Position numbers and translations under genes: made by a program
Assembly: GCA_047495785.1 (NCBI GenBank)
Contig: JBLDXI010000002.1
Coordinates: 682,001-746,000 of the forward strand
Length of the DNA stretch: 64,000 nt
Direction of reading: 5' to 3'
Source: Lepidodermella squamata
Lineage: Eukaryota > Animalia > Gastrotricha
Shown here: positions 24,882-37,474 of the stretch, piece by piece
Numbering within the stretch: the stretch's first letter is position 1
Layout: every line of letters begins with the position of its first letter
Notes under the pieces: model-generated
Databases searched by the model: none
What the model was told of the DNA's origin: nothing
Seen by the model: only the letters and a program-made list of their open reading frames with translations

Positions 24882-26324
24882 GATTGAGAAAGCCACCTGA
24901 TTCGGTAGGCTGTAAGCTAGTTCATGCATCGAGCGCGCCCACGGCTCATTTTAGCAGCCGATATTGCATCGACTTGAGTAACGGCCGAAAATCACCCGGC
25001 TCAGAGCCGTGTGGTTGAGCAGGCTTAGTTTTAAAATGAGCTGACTCAAATCAGTTTCTGTAGCAGCCTTTACTGAAACTGAAGCTTTTAGATCAAATTT
25101 ATTAGGATTCGTGTCGGGATTACATTTGATCGGATGACGGATGACAACAGCTTTCTAGACATTATATTATTATGTCGTTGGGAATTTCGATCAAACGAAA
25201 ATCTTTTTTATTGTCTTCATTTGACATAAAAAATACACAGGCAAATAACGGATGAGAAAAGTCTCCGTCGAGTGATGCGGCTTCAATCAAGGCTTTATGA
25301 CCACCTGAGCTCTCTTGCTTTCCACAATCATCTCGGTTTCGTTCGTCCGCTGGAATCTCATTTTGTGATATTGTTAGCGAAGCGCCAAAACAACCACTTT
25401 ACTGTATAGCTTATACAGTATTATAGCTATTATAGCTTTTTTATGGAAAGTACGATCGACCCTTGAATGTAAATTCAAGTTACGATAAGTAGGATTAGTG
25501 CTCAAATGAGCCGACCGTACTCCTTCTCTGTACGTTCGGCTCGTCAAAGTAAGAATGAGTCATCAAAGTGGTTGTTTTAGCGCGTCGGTAGCGATATGTA
25601 ACCATGCAAGCATGTAAAATGTAATAGCATATGACCGGAAACAAGTGATAAGTTGGGGTTGGCGTATTTTCTGTATTTTCCAGCAAATGGCAAAACGTGT
25701 GTTGATTTGATGAGGAAAGATTCTTGTATTCCTAGATGTTCATACTGTGCGTGTGATAGTCCTAGCCGTTTGTTATTTATTGAGAAGCTTCGCCATCAGT
25801 GTTACGAAAACGGATGACTTCATTTTGATACGCGGATGAAAATTGAGCGGCATTTAGCCCCAATGTCGATAAAATCCGAGCAGCAGTCGTCCTCAATGTT
25901 GAGAAAATGGCTAGCATTCCTCCTTGAAAAATATCAAAAACGGCGCAGCATTCGTCTTGTATTCCGTGCAACTCGTTCCTGGTTCAAACATTCTCAGCCA
26001 TGGTTTAATGCCAGTTCTAGTCAGGAACAGTATCAATAGTAATATTCCGGCCGATGCAAATGGTTTATTTTTTTTAAATCACTATAACGCCGCAGTTCGA
26101 AAAAATTCAGTCCGGATTTAGCAACTACTCTTATGCAAAACGCTAGTCTGCGGCACGAGCGAAGCAAAATGGTCCGGCTTCGCGCAAAACAACTCTAAAT
26201 TATAAAATTATCTTGTAATTCTTAGCAGAATGCAAACTTCCAAAAGCTCTCATACATGTCAGAGCAGTCAACTAGTTTTTTTTTACGTAAACATCAGTCA
26301 CGCCGAATGGATGTAGCCACGAGT

Positions 26325-27975
26325 TCAATTGCGCATTGAATCCAAACGAGTGATGTTGTAGTTTCCAGGATTCGAATAATCGACCTGGATGCTGTACTTC
26401 AGTTCGAAACCGTTAGGATAAGACCATTGGCCGATCACGACAGGCTCAAAGTCGATCTCGCCCCGTTTTGAGTATCGCTGCATGCCAGCTCTCAAGCTGT
26501 TGAACTCAATCGAACCGGCTATTTCGTTCAAAAACGCGTTTTTATCCCCGATTTTCTCATTTGACCAATAATCTTTCAGGGTCGAGTTGAAGCGCGATTT
26601 CAGCATCTCTTCAGTCTTGTTCAGGGTCAAAATGGCCTGCAAAGCTGTATCGTGGCAAAGATGCCGCATGCTGTAGTCGGGTTTTCGAGCATTATTCATA
26701 GCTTTGTCGAATTTTTCTTCGAAGCCAGCCAAATCATATCCTAGGGCTGTGTTGCCAAAGTTTCGTATCGCAGAAGTCAGCTGACCAGCGAAAATTGTTG
26801 CTTTTAGCTGTTCGATGTAAATTTCCCGGAAGCAACCAGTTGGGAGGATCATTTGGGGCAACGTGAATGGTTCCATAAATGCAATTGTCATTGCGAAGAA
26901 AGTGAAATTATTGGCCGCTGTGAAGTTCAATTTGGAAGCTTGGCACAAAAATTCGAGAAGTTCACGGAATGTGGATGTTGCTATCACGAAAATCTGAATG
27001 AGCAAAGCAAGTCAAACACATATATGCAATTTAGTCCGTAACGAGAGGTGATTTAGGACATAAATGATTGTTTCCTTTGCTCTTAGTCCCTTGTGCTCCA
27101 CATTTCTCAACAATTGAAGCTAAAGTAGGAAAGCGAAATCGTATAAGATATACCGATAAATCAGCGTGCAGATTTTTTCAACTTAATTACCTGATTTCAT
27201 ACATAAGAGGATGATAGGCTTAGAAACCGAAATCTCTATCGTTCAACCCTGGAAAGTTGTTCCCCCGCGAACCATGAATGCCCAAGTTAACCCTTTCCAC
27301 GATCACCCATAAATTTACCTCTGCTCCGTTGGAATCAGCTATATCTTGAGGGTATGTGTTGCCCATCGAAAACTTCGACCAAACGAACTTCATGCCGGCA
27401 GCTTGAAAGCCCTGGTTGAGTTTATCGTAAAACAACATGTCGCTTGCACTCGCAAAAAGTCCAATTTTCTTATTGACTGATGGCATCAGATGCTTCAAGT
27501 ACGCTATCCACCCGTGAACTGCTGTATCCAATGTTGGCCGATTACGCCACAAATTAGGGTATTTGGGACGATTATAGAGAAAAGCTGAATTGACGCTAGT
27601 CGAGATGGTGATTGCGTTTAAGGATGGCAGGATTGGAGAAAGAGCCTTGCAGCCAACTGTAAAAGACGGCCCTGTCATGACGGGTGATTTTGTTGCCGAA
27701 ATCGCAGTATCAAAAAATCTAAAGGCGGCTTGGACGGCACGCATTCCAGCGGCACCTTCGTCTTGAAAATTAAAGGTGACATTGTAATTCGGAAGAATAT
27801 CGCTTCGGTTGTTAGCTTCTTGCGCGACGATTCTGGCGGCTTCAAGGCAACTTCTACCATCGTTTGGCTCATTACCCGTAAAGGCAATTAGATACAGTAC
27901 CTGCAGATCTATTGGCTTTCTTGCTTGTTGATTGGAGTAGCAAATGCTGGAGAGAACAACTAGAACCCGATACAT
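26325..27975 (-). CDS. Secreted GABA-B-like Venus flytrap protein, copy d (exons 27975-27319, 26993-26325)
   Basis: Closest to copy c. Same intron position. Ends SMRN*. Confidence 0.8.
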
Positions 27976-28463
27976 GTTGATCATGATCAAATGAAGTTCC
28001 TCCTGCAATCTAATAACGAAATATTAGATACACCCGTAACTTATTCTTCCTTATTCCCGAATTCGATTACCTAATAAGATGGATGATTGCGGATTAAAAT
28101 GTTAGGCGCAAATACTTCGTTTAATCGTACTGGTGCACATCAACTGCAGCTTCCTTGTCGAGAGTGCAACTTCATAATATAGATTACTAGAGTTGACGGG
28201 ATATATTTGATCAGCAAGCTTACAAGCTCAGCCATAAAAATCAATTCTAGTTCTGCTCTTTTGAGTGCACTATCCAAAGTTAGTATCAATCAGATATTCG
28301 AAGCAAGATGTTTACATCGTTTTTATTTCGAAAGGAAATGAAATAATCCAATAGCGTGTTGGTTGATTTGGTGGATCCAACTGTCCTTTTATGCATATAT
28401 AGAAGTTCTTCTATAACAAAACCATGTGTTATCAGTCTTTAATGATGCCTGTCGCTGAAAGTC

Positions 28464-29852
28464 TCATATGGCCATGTTGAAGATGTCATAATTACCAATA
28501 GTAGAGTAGTTAACGGAAACGGTATATTTGACTTTGTAACCACCAATCGGCGTCCATTGGGCAATTTCAATAGGCTCAGACTCGACCTCGCCCTGCTTCG
28601 AGTATCGCAGCCATCCTGATCTAAGGCTATTGAACTCGATCGAAGCGGCAATTTCGTTCAGAAATGCGTTTTTATCCATTATTTTTTCATTGGTCCAGAA
28701 ATCTTTCAACGTGGAATTGAACTTCGATCTGAGAACCTCCTCTGTTTTGTTCAAAGTCAGTAGGGCCTGGAGAGCTGTATCATGACAAAGATGGCGAGAA
28801 GTGTAGTCAGCTTTCCTTGACTTATTGGTCAATTTATCGAACTTCTCTTCGAAGCCAGGCAAATCATAGCCCAGAGCTGTGTTTCCGGGGTTCTGAGTTG
28901 CGGTAATCGATGTACCGGAATATACGGTTGCTTTCATCTGTTCGACATACATGTCACGATAGCAGCCGTTATTCCATGACGGTAAAGCTCTGGGGTCGGC
29001 GAAAGCTGAACTCAGGGCTAAAAAGGTGTAGTTGTTGTTCGCAGATGTGACGTTGGCGGGGTAGGATTGGCAGTAGAAATTAAGCAGACTTTGCAAGCTA
29101 GTTGTCACAATAGCGATCACCTATTAATCATCGATCAATTTTTCGTGAATAAGGAAACTTCTTGTTCATACCTCTGTCCCGTTTAAAGATGAAAAGTCAG
29201 GAATATTCAGCTTCGATCCAGCTTCGAAGTAAGTCCAAACTGGTTTCAAGCCAGCTTCTTCAAGTATCGCCACAGCTTTCTCGTAGAGGATCACGTCATT
29301 CTGCCCAGCGTAAATTCCAATCTTAATGTCCCTACTAGGTCGTCTGATGTTCTTCAGATAAGCTACCCATCCGTGAACGAATCGGTCAGTGGTCACCCTG
29401 CTCCGCCACAGATTTCCGTAGCCGCGTCGACTGTCGCGGAAAATCGGGCTCGAACAAGGCGATATCATAATTGCGTTGAAAGCGGGTAAAATCGGCGACA
29501 GGTATGTACACCCCGCCGAGGCATACGTGCCTATTATAACCGGTGCGTTGATACCAGTCGTGTTATCGAAAAATCGAATGGCAGCCTGAACTGATTGAGA
29601 GCCAAAGATAGACTCGTCCCGAAAATACATAACAACGTTGTAATTTGTTAGAAAATCGCTTCTTTTGTTTGCCTCTTGCTCGGCGATTCTCGCTGCAGCT
29701 ATGCAACTGCTGCCATCTGAAGGCCAATAGCCGGTAATCTGTGCTAAATGCAGAACCTGAAGGTCGAACGGTTTGGCACTGGCTAGCTGGCCGTTGTTAG
29801 GTCCGTGCAATATGGCTAGAATTATGACTGAATGGTAGAACGTTGCCCTCAT
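28464..29852 (-). CDS. Secreted GABA-B-like Venus flytrap protein, divergent copy e (exons 29852-29172, 29120-28464)
   Basis: Signal peptide, EANKRSDFLTNYNV and HLCHDTALQALLTLNKT. 51-bp intron at the homologous site. Stops near the same position as the other copies, with no TM. Confidence 0.8.
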
Positions 29853-30324
29853 TATTGTGCGTATAATTCAAAGTAAAATTATTGTTTAAACATACTGCAG
29901 CACTGATGCGGATAATTAAACCAGTGCTTAGGGTGACACAAAAGTAATAATAAAAATCAGCATTCGTTATAGGAAAGTAAGCTTATATATCCTGTGAGCG
30001 GCAAAATATTGCCGTCATGAGTGAAAAAAATAATTAATTAATTATAACTATTTATTAATTTTTTTATTCCGAGATGGTAATCCAGGATGAACAGCGACCG
30101 TCTAAATGGATTTTTCTTAGAAATTGTCCTTGAGGTCTGAACAATTATTTCTATATTTTTTTATTAAAAATCAGCCCTGATCGATCAATTACGAAATCGA
30201 AGCTGGAAATCGATATCGAGCCGAACGGCCATCCGTATTTTCACTGAATCTGGGATTTTATATTTTATGGACATTGTGCCCTAATGCTATGTAGAAAAAT
30301 TATCGATTTTTTGAGATCTAAGAC

Positions 30325-30385
30325 AGTTCATATCGGAAAAATCACTGATTTGCGAAATCGATACTCAAAATCGATATCAGCTCTG
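30325..30385 (+). repeat. Interspersed repeat family (AAAATCACTGATTTG..AAATCGATACTC..ATCGATATC); related copies near 32535-32600 (reverse), 43835-43895 and 62205-62260 (reverse)
   Basis: Similar ~50-60 bp core seen at four places in non-coding DNA. Confidence 0.55.
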
Positions 30386-31531
30386 CTGGCTGAAGTAAGC
30401 TTAGCGGCTGTAGTGCAAAATATGGAGATCTATCGGTTGGACCATATAACCGAAAAAATGAGATCCTAATGTGAAGACATCAAAGTAAAAAAAAAACAAA
30501 TATTGGCGGAAATCTAGTGCTGGACCTCTAAATTTAGGATTCAGGATTGCTAAATAAATCTTTAATTTTTTTATTTCAATCTCATAACCGAAATTCATGG
30601 ACAAAATTGTCTGAAATGTCGGCGGCTATTATAGGTGCGTTCGTTTTTCTAGGACTCAAGGCTCAAGGCTCAATTATCTCAGCCGATATTACGCCGGCAC
30701 TTGAGCCTGAAGCACCCAACGCGCGCTTTGTCTTATTACAGTTTTTTTTACATCCACGCTATCACCCAGACACAAATTTTTTGTTTCATTACTAATTCAA
30801 CTGTAGAATTTGTTCGATTGCTGCTTGAACCGAGTTTGTGTATCCTACCTTTTCCGACGGCGCCTCTGTGTTTTTTACCATTGCGCTGCGCCACTCGAGT
30901 CCAATAAAAAATTAAATCGAACTTAGCATTGCAATGTTGAATGTTTTATTCATATACAGTAAATATTACCGGCTAAAAACTTGTCTACGGATATTGGTGA
31001 GATAGGTGGGTTTTTTCTCGCTACTACGAAGCAATTTTTACTCCTCATCGCCGCAGGGGAGATAATAAATCTTGCCAAAATTTTTTACGCGCAGATTCTA
31101 ATTAATTGTGGTATTATTATCGTTTTTTCTTATTACACGTTTGCATTTTGTTTATTTTAGGAAAATCGAAAGCGGTGATTTGATTGCAGCCGCAAGGTGT
31201 CGCGGTAGAGAAAAAACGTAATCGCAATCTCTCTATTGTAGCTATTGTACCGCTTGAACAGGTGCGTCAATTTTTTATTGTCAATTAAACCTATTTTCTC
31301 ATTACTTCAGCAAAAAATTCATTTCGAAGCCGAGTGTACATCTTTAATTTGAGGTTCCAGAACTAAATTTGAACTAGGTTTTCAAGTCTTCTGGAGTCTC
31401 AATTATTTGAATATTTTAATGAGATTTAATTTTCTAAAAATTATTAACAAATCTGCAACAATTTTATTATTTTAATTTTTGATTTTATTTCATATATAAT
31501 ATTTGATTTATATAATTTTTAGGCGTCTGTG

Positions 31532-34500
31532 ATGCGAGCTAAATTGGCGAAATTTAAATCAGCCTCAGTTGAAGCGCCCGAAATTGTGGTCACCGACAGC
31601 GAGGATATATCGCCTCATCAAACGGCTGAATTTCACGCCAGACAAATGTCTCTAGCCCACGGTGGTCACGCTGGTGATACGAGTGCCAATAGTAAGGAAG
31701 AAAATGAAAACCCGTCCATGCCTGGCACGCCGTTGTTGGCTACGGCGAATGAGACGTTTTTCGGGCGAAGTCGGAAGGATAGCACGAAGAGTAGGGTGGT
31801 TAAACCTGATAACCTCACATCGCCGGCCATCAGTCGAAGTAGCAGCTTTGCGAGAGTGCTGAAAGTTCATGATTTATTCGAGGTCTCGGACAATCATTTG
31901 GCGATGAAATTGTTTGGAAATAAACGGGCCCTTGATAAGGAAAAAGAGAGACAGCAAAAAGCTGGTAGATGGATTATTCATCCATGCAGTAAATTCAGGT
32001 AAACAAATTTAATTAGAATTTAATTGGAATTTTAATTTTGAGATTTTTATAAATATTTTCCATTTAAATTAAAAAATTTAAAATTTAAATTTGGAAAAAT
32101 TGAAAAAACTCTGATGACTTCAGTTTAACTTTGTGATTATTTGTATTCCGAATTTTTCAGGTTTTATTGGGACCTTGTAATGCTCTTCCTACTGCTGACG
32201 AACATGTTCTTGCTACCGTTGGCCATCGCATTTTTCAGCGATGATTTTATGCAACCCGGTTGGCTGGTTTTCAACTGCATTTCAGACATCATTTTCATTC
32301 TCGACATCATCATCAATTTTCGAACAGGTAATTTCATAGCCATTTATTACACAGAAAATTTCGGAAATAGCTTGATGATCCAGCTTAATTTCTTGAATTT
32401 TAATCCCATCACAACTTTTTTCCCAATATTTTTTCGGGTTCCAGCTCTAAAATTCAGGATCCAGCTTGGATTTAGCCTCTCTTCCTTATTAAATCTATTT
32501 GTTCACGAATATGCCTGAGCGATAGATCCCGCCATCGATTCTACTTCGATATCGATTCCAAGTATCGATTTCAAAAATCAGTGATTTTTTCCAATATCGG
32601 AAATCTTTGAAGCATTGAAAATTGTCTAACTACCTAATATGGTACCAGGTAGCTAAAGTGTTTCAATTTCAGAGCCATCGTAAATCGGTAAATTTTGAGC
32701 TTGAAATTTGAATCATTTACTTATAGATACCCTAAGGATTTAGGCACCCTACAGATTTTTTCGTAAAATCAGGTTTCGATTCATCAAAGGTTTATTCCTA
32801 ACTCCAACCCTTACTATCTTTTACAATAGGAATAATTGACAACGAGGCGCGTAATATTGTTATCCTCGATCCGCGAGAAATCGCCATTCGATACCTGAAA
32901 TCGTGGTTCGCCGTCGATTTTCTGTCCTCATTCCCTATCGACTACATCTTCATGTTCACGGTGACCGTCTACGGCGATGAATTGTCATCGAACACGTCGT
33001 TGCTCAAAGCCAGCCGAGCGTTTCGCATCATGCGGCTCGCTAAATTCATGGGTCTACTACGACTTCTTCGGCTATCTCGTCTCGTTCGCTACATCAACCA
33101 GTGGCAGGAATTTCTCAATGTCGCGACTATGGTTTTGAGGATAACCAATCTTGTCGGCTTGGTTGTACTGCTGGCCCATTGGAATGGCTGCTTGCAGTTT
33201 CTTGTGCCTTATATGCAAGGATTCCCTGAGCGGTCGTGGGTGCAAAAACGCCATTTAGAGGTAAGTTCAAGACTGGCTCTAGCATATTACTAGCTCTAAA
33301 TATTCTAGCATAGTATTTTGATCAAAATTTCATAATTTGTAAGGAAAATTCGCGATAATTTAGAGAAATCTGAAACCGCTTACGGAATAGTACTTCTTTA
33401 ATTTGATCTCAATTTTCGTAAGATATCAAGGATTGATATTTTCGGTAAAGAGCTGAAAAAATTCAGAAATTTACTCAATTTCCAGCATTCCCGAGAAATA
33501 TTTGGAAACATCCCTAAAATTCTTAAAGAAATTATAATTTAATTAATAGCATTTACCTGTGTGTCCCATAAAATAGCGCCAACATAGGAAATAGGAAATG
33601 GATAAGAAAGTTAATAAAAGAGGTGAAGGGTGATGTCGCATGGCCAAAAAAATCTTTAAACAATTCAAAAAGCCTTAGAAAGCCAAAATAAGATTAACAA
33701 AATTTCCGGGATTTTTTACAAAATAATGGTCCAACCGGATAAAATACCAAAAATACCGAACCTGGAGCTTTTCGGGTTTTCTGTGGTAAATTTCCCAATT
33801 ATTTGAAAAATCGTCGATAAATAATGTGGGAATCTCCCGGTTAGGATTGATTTGAAACAATATTCACATTTTCCGCATGCGATTATTTCGAATTTTTATA
33901 ATAAATTTTGAAATTACCGAAAAATTTGAATTTTTTTCAACTTCGGCTCACTCTTATGTGCTTTTTGTCAAAGCAGTAAGTAATTATTTCCTGTTTCTCA
34001 AATTTTTCAATCCGTCACATTTTTGAATTTTTTGAATTTTTACAGAATGCGACCGTCTACAACCAATATACTTTTTCAATTTTCCGGGCGCTTTCGCATA
34101 TGCTAACTATCGGTTACGGCCAGGACATTCCGGAGACAACGGCCGAAGTCTGGCTGATCCTATGCTCAATGCTGGTCGGCGCCACGTGTCACGCCATGTT
34201 CGTCGCGCAAATGACAAATTTAATTCAGAGCTACGACAGCTCGCGGCGCATGTACTCGGAAAAAATGAAGCAAATTCAGGAGTACATTTTCTACCGAAAA
34301 TTGCCGCGAGAACTGCGCGAACGCATCACCGACTACTACGAACACCGTTACCAGGGCAAGATGTTCGATGAAGCCAGTATCATGGTAGAAATTTCAGACT
34401 CGTTACGCGAGGATATAATTCGGTACAATTGCCGCATTTTGATACAACGCGTGCCGTTTTTGACCAATGCCGAACCGGCCTTTTTGACGGATTTGCTGAT

Positions 34501-36862
34501 CAAATTGCGGCCGGAAACGTTTCAGCCGAATGATTTTATCATTAAGGAGGGCACGATTGGCATGAAGATGTATTTCATTCAAGACGGGACGGTTGATATC
34601 ATAAAGCGCGGGGAAATTGCGACGACGCTAAACGAGGGATCGTATTTCGGAGGTAACTTTTTTACAAATCATTCAATCACTCAATTAGACTCTAAGAAAT
34701 TACCAGGAATAGTGCCTTGTGGCTTCCGAAATTTGAAATTGGAAATATATTAAAAAAACTTTAAATTTATGAAAAATTCTCAAAAATATGTTTTCAGAGT
34801 TTTGATGGATTTTACAAATCAGTAGTCTAGGTAGCCAATATTTAAAATTTTTTACCTCACTCTGTCCCAGAAGTTGCGCAACTACCGTAATCCGGTACAA
34901 CTTTGAACAGGTACAAGTTTGAACATTTCACGCAAATCAGCTTTTCTCTGAAACCATGGGGATCTACCGCTTGGGAATTTTACTGAATATAGGTCTCGTT
35001 GAGGTCTAATAGTTTGCCAAGTTTCATCAACACAGCCCCTACGATCTCTTCCTTATAAATTCCCGAAAAAACAACGTTTTTGGTCTACTTTAAAGTGTTG
35101 TCCTGCGATAACCGTAGCAGATATCCGCGAGGTCCAACTTGGCGAATTCAAGCTTATACTTTTCTGAAGAAGTAGCCTAAAAGGCACACTCTTCTATAGA
35201 GTGGTTTTCGAATGGCATGTGCTCAAAGTTGCAAGGGTAGCCGGTACAACTTTGAACACTCAAAAGTACAACTTTGAACACCAGTACAACTTTGAACACC
35301 ATGGAAATTCATTATTTTCACTTCGAGGATAATTTTTCAAGTTTTTTAGACTTCGCTCGCATTTACTGAACTCCACTATGCTCCATAGAGAACGTAGTGA
35401 TCAGAAAAAGACTTCTTATCTCGTAATGGCAACAAATTAATTTCAAATACCGAGCAAAAAGTCCACCATAAAAATGTTGAGGGCTTATTATTTTTGGATT
35501 TTCACGCACTCCGTTCTCTGTATGAAGGTGAAAATCGCAAATTTCACGCGAAATTCTCTGCGCACGAATAAAGGTGGATTTTTTATTACACGAAATCTTG
35601 GTGTTCAAAGTTGTACTTTTGGCCGAATCCTTACGCTTGCGAATTTCCGAGAATAAAAAATATCAGGATGTTACGCAAGGCGGCCCCTATCGAACTACGT
35701 TGAAAGCCCGGCCAAAATCGCATCTGTTGAACTTACACAGCACATTTAAATTTGCATGGACGTAGGTGTTCAAAGTTGTACCGGATTACGGTATTTTTTA
35801 ATTTTGCAATTTTTTGTAGGAAATTCACATAATAATTTTTTTAATTGATTCTACCAAGAGAGTACAGAGAGTACCATGGTATTCCATCTTTTCTCCGTGA
35901 TTTAACCGAAGAAATTAAAAATTTACCGGAAAACACCCGGAAAAACGAGATAGTGACTGGTTCGGTAATTTTCGGTATTTTGCCCGGTTGGATTAAATTT
36001 CCGGAATTCCTCTGGACTTTTCAATCCCATCATAACGGGAGACATTCTTGATTACTATTCTCGGGATTTTTTTCACTTTTTCTGGAAACTTTCTGGCCAT
36101 GAGATGTGACTTCGTCTCTCATTTAAGAGTCTCTGAACCCTTTTCTTTGTTTGCGTTACTTATGGGACACGTTGCAAATCAGGGAAAACGTAGCTTAATC
36201 GGAAAAATCCTCGACTGACTGGGCGTATCGATCAAGATCAAGAAAAAATGGATCAAATTCGCGAAAAAATCGGAATAATTTAGGGCTGGAATTTTATCAA
36301 ATTTGGCCATTTTCCAAGGTGGGAAAAAATCTAATTTAATTTTTTTTGCGCCAAATAAATCGGAAACACTTACGATATTTTTTATAAATATTTTCAATGA
36401 TTTTTGAATATTTTTCTGATTATTTCTGAATTTCTTTTAGAAATCAGTTTAATCGCCCATACGAAGCGATGCGCCAGTGTTAGAGCCGTTACCTATCTGC
36501 AGCTATTCAGTCTATCTAAGGAAGATTTCGACATCGTACTACAAAACCACCCTCGCATGAAACAAATGCTGCGCGGAATAGCCGCTCAGCGCCTGTTCAA
36601 AATCGGCGAAAGCCCGCGCTTGGCAATGAGCCAAGGCGGCGACATGAAAGACGACCTCGCTGTATCGCACGAAATTGTCAACGGCTTCGCGTTCAACCGC
36701 GACCGGTTACACGGCGCGCAGAGTCAACAGGTGGTTGAGGCGGCCGTCGCAGTTCCGGTTGAGCGGCAAATGTCCAGCGCTAGCGGCCTGCTATCGCCTA
36801 CTTCGAGCTATCAAAATATAGGACGAATTCAGCCGGATTCTAACAGTTTAAACCTGCCTTAA
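31532..36862 (+). CDS. HCN: Hyperpolarization-activated cyclic-nucleotide-gated (HCN) channel (exons 31532-31998, 32161-32327, 32830-33260, 34046-34652, 36441-36862; ~697 aa)
   Basis: WIIHPCSKFRFYWDL, long S4 LLRLLRLSRLVRYINQW, HWNGCLQFLVP, pore SHMLTIGYG, C-linker YYEHRYQGKMFDE and CNBD SYFGEISL....RCASVRA. Exon lengths sum to an open frame. Confidence 0.95.
33558..36172. repeat. Two oppositely oriented copies (~33558-33860 and ~35860-36172) of an interspersed repeat flanking HCN exon 4; further copies near 53690-53850 and 56590-56760
   Basis: GTGTCCCATAA..CATGGCCA..TCCAACCGG.TAAAATACC.AAAATACCGAACC versus GGTTCGGTAATTTTCGGTATTTTGCCCGGTTGGA..TGGCCATG..TTATGGGACAC. Confidence 0.65.
34885..35791. 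mobile_element. Non-autonomous Tc1/mariner-pogo-type element in HCN intron 4
   Basis: TIR CCGTAATCCGGTACAACTTTGAACA / TGTTCAAAGTTGTACCGGATTACGG with TA on both sides (34883-84, 35792-93). Internal repeats of GTACAACTTTGAACA. Confidence 0.85.
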
Positions 36863-37474
36863 CCTCGTAGATTTTTATTTAATTTATTTTAGTGTGATTT
36901 TATTCGTAATAATATTGTCGTTTTCATATGCATCCAGCCTTCATGTGTTCGTGATAAATATTTCTCTCCGAGCCCGATTTCAATTCAAACATTCTCATGT
37001 TTTGTGATTATTTTGGAAATTAGTTTCAATGAATGAAGTCCGAGTGATTTTTTTGGTGTTACAAAAAAGTCGAATAATATTAAAAATGAGAAAGATCTTT
37101 TATTGCGAATCTCCGGAATTGAGTAGCAAAAGGAGCGAGAGAGCTGATGAATATAAATTTCTCCATAATAATGGCTAATAAATCAGCTAATAAATCGTGA
37201 ACCGCCGCGCCGATGAATCTGTTCGACCTGAAAAAAATCAAAAAAATTATTGACAATTTTAAAGGAAATTTGTAGGAATTTTCCAAAAAATTAAAAAGAA
37301 ACAATAAAAAATTTGGAAATTGAATAAAATTAAATTAAAATCGATTCATTCGATTAAATCGATAAAATCGATAAAATCGATAAAATCGATTAAAATCGTC
37401 CTTCAAGTGGAACATTAACAAATTTTTTAAATTTTAAATTTTTAAATAAAAAATTAAAGTCAATTGAAATTTTT

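Noticed and set aside
34885-35310. CRISPR-like recurrence of GTACAACTTTGAACA
   Set aside because: Spacing is irregular, the context is eukaryotic, and the copies are subterminal motifs of a TA-flanked TIR element.
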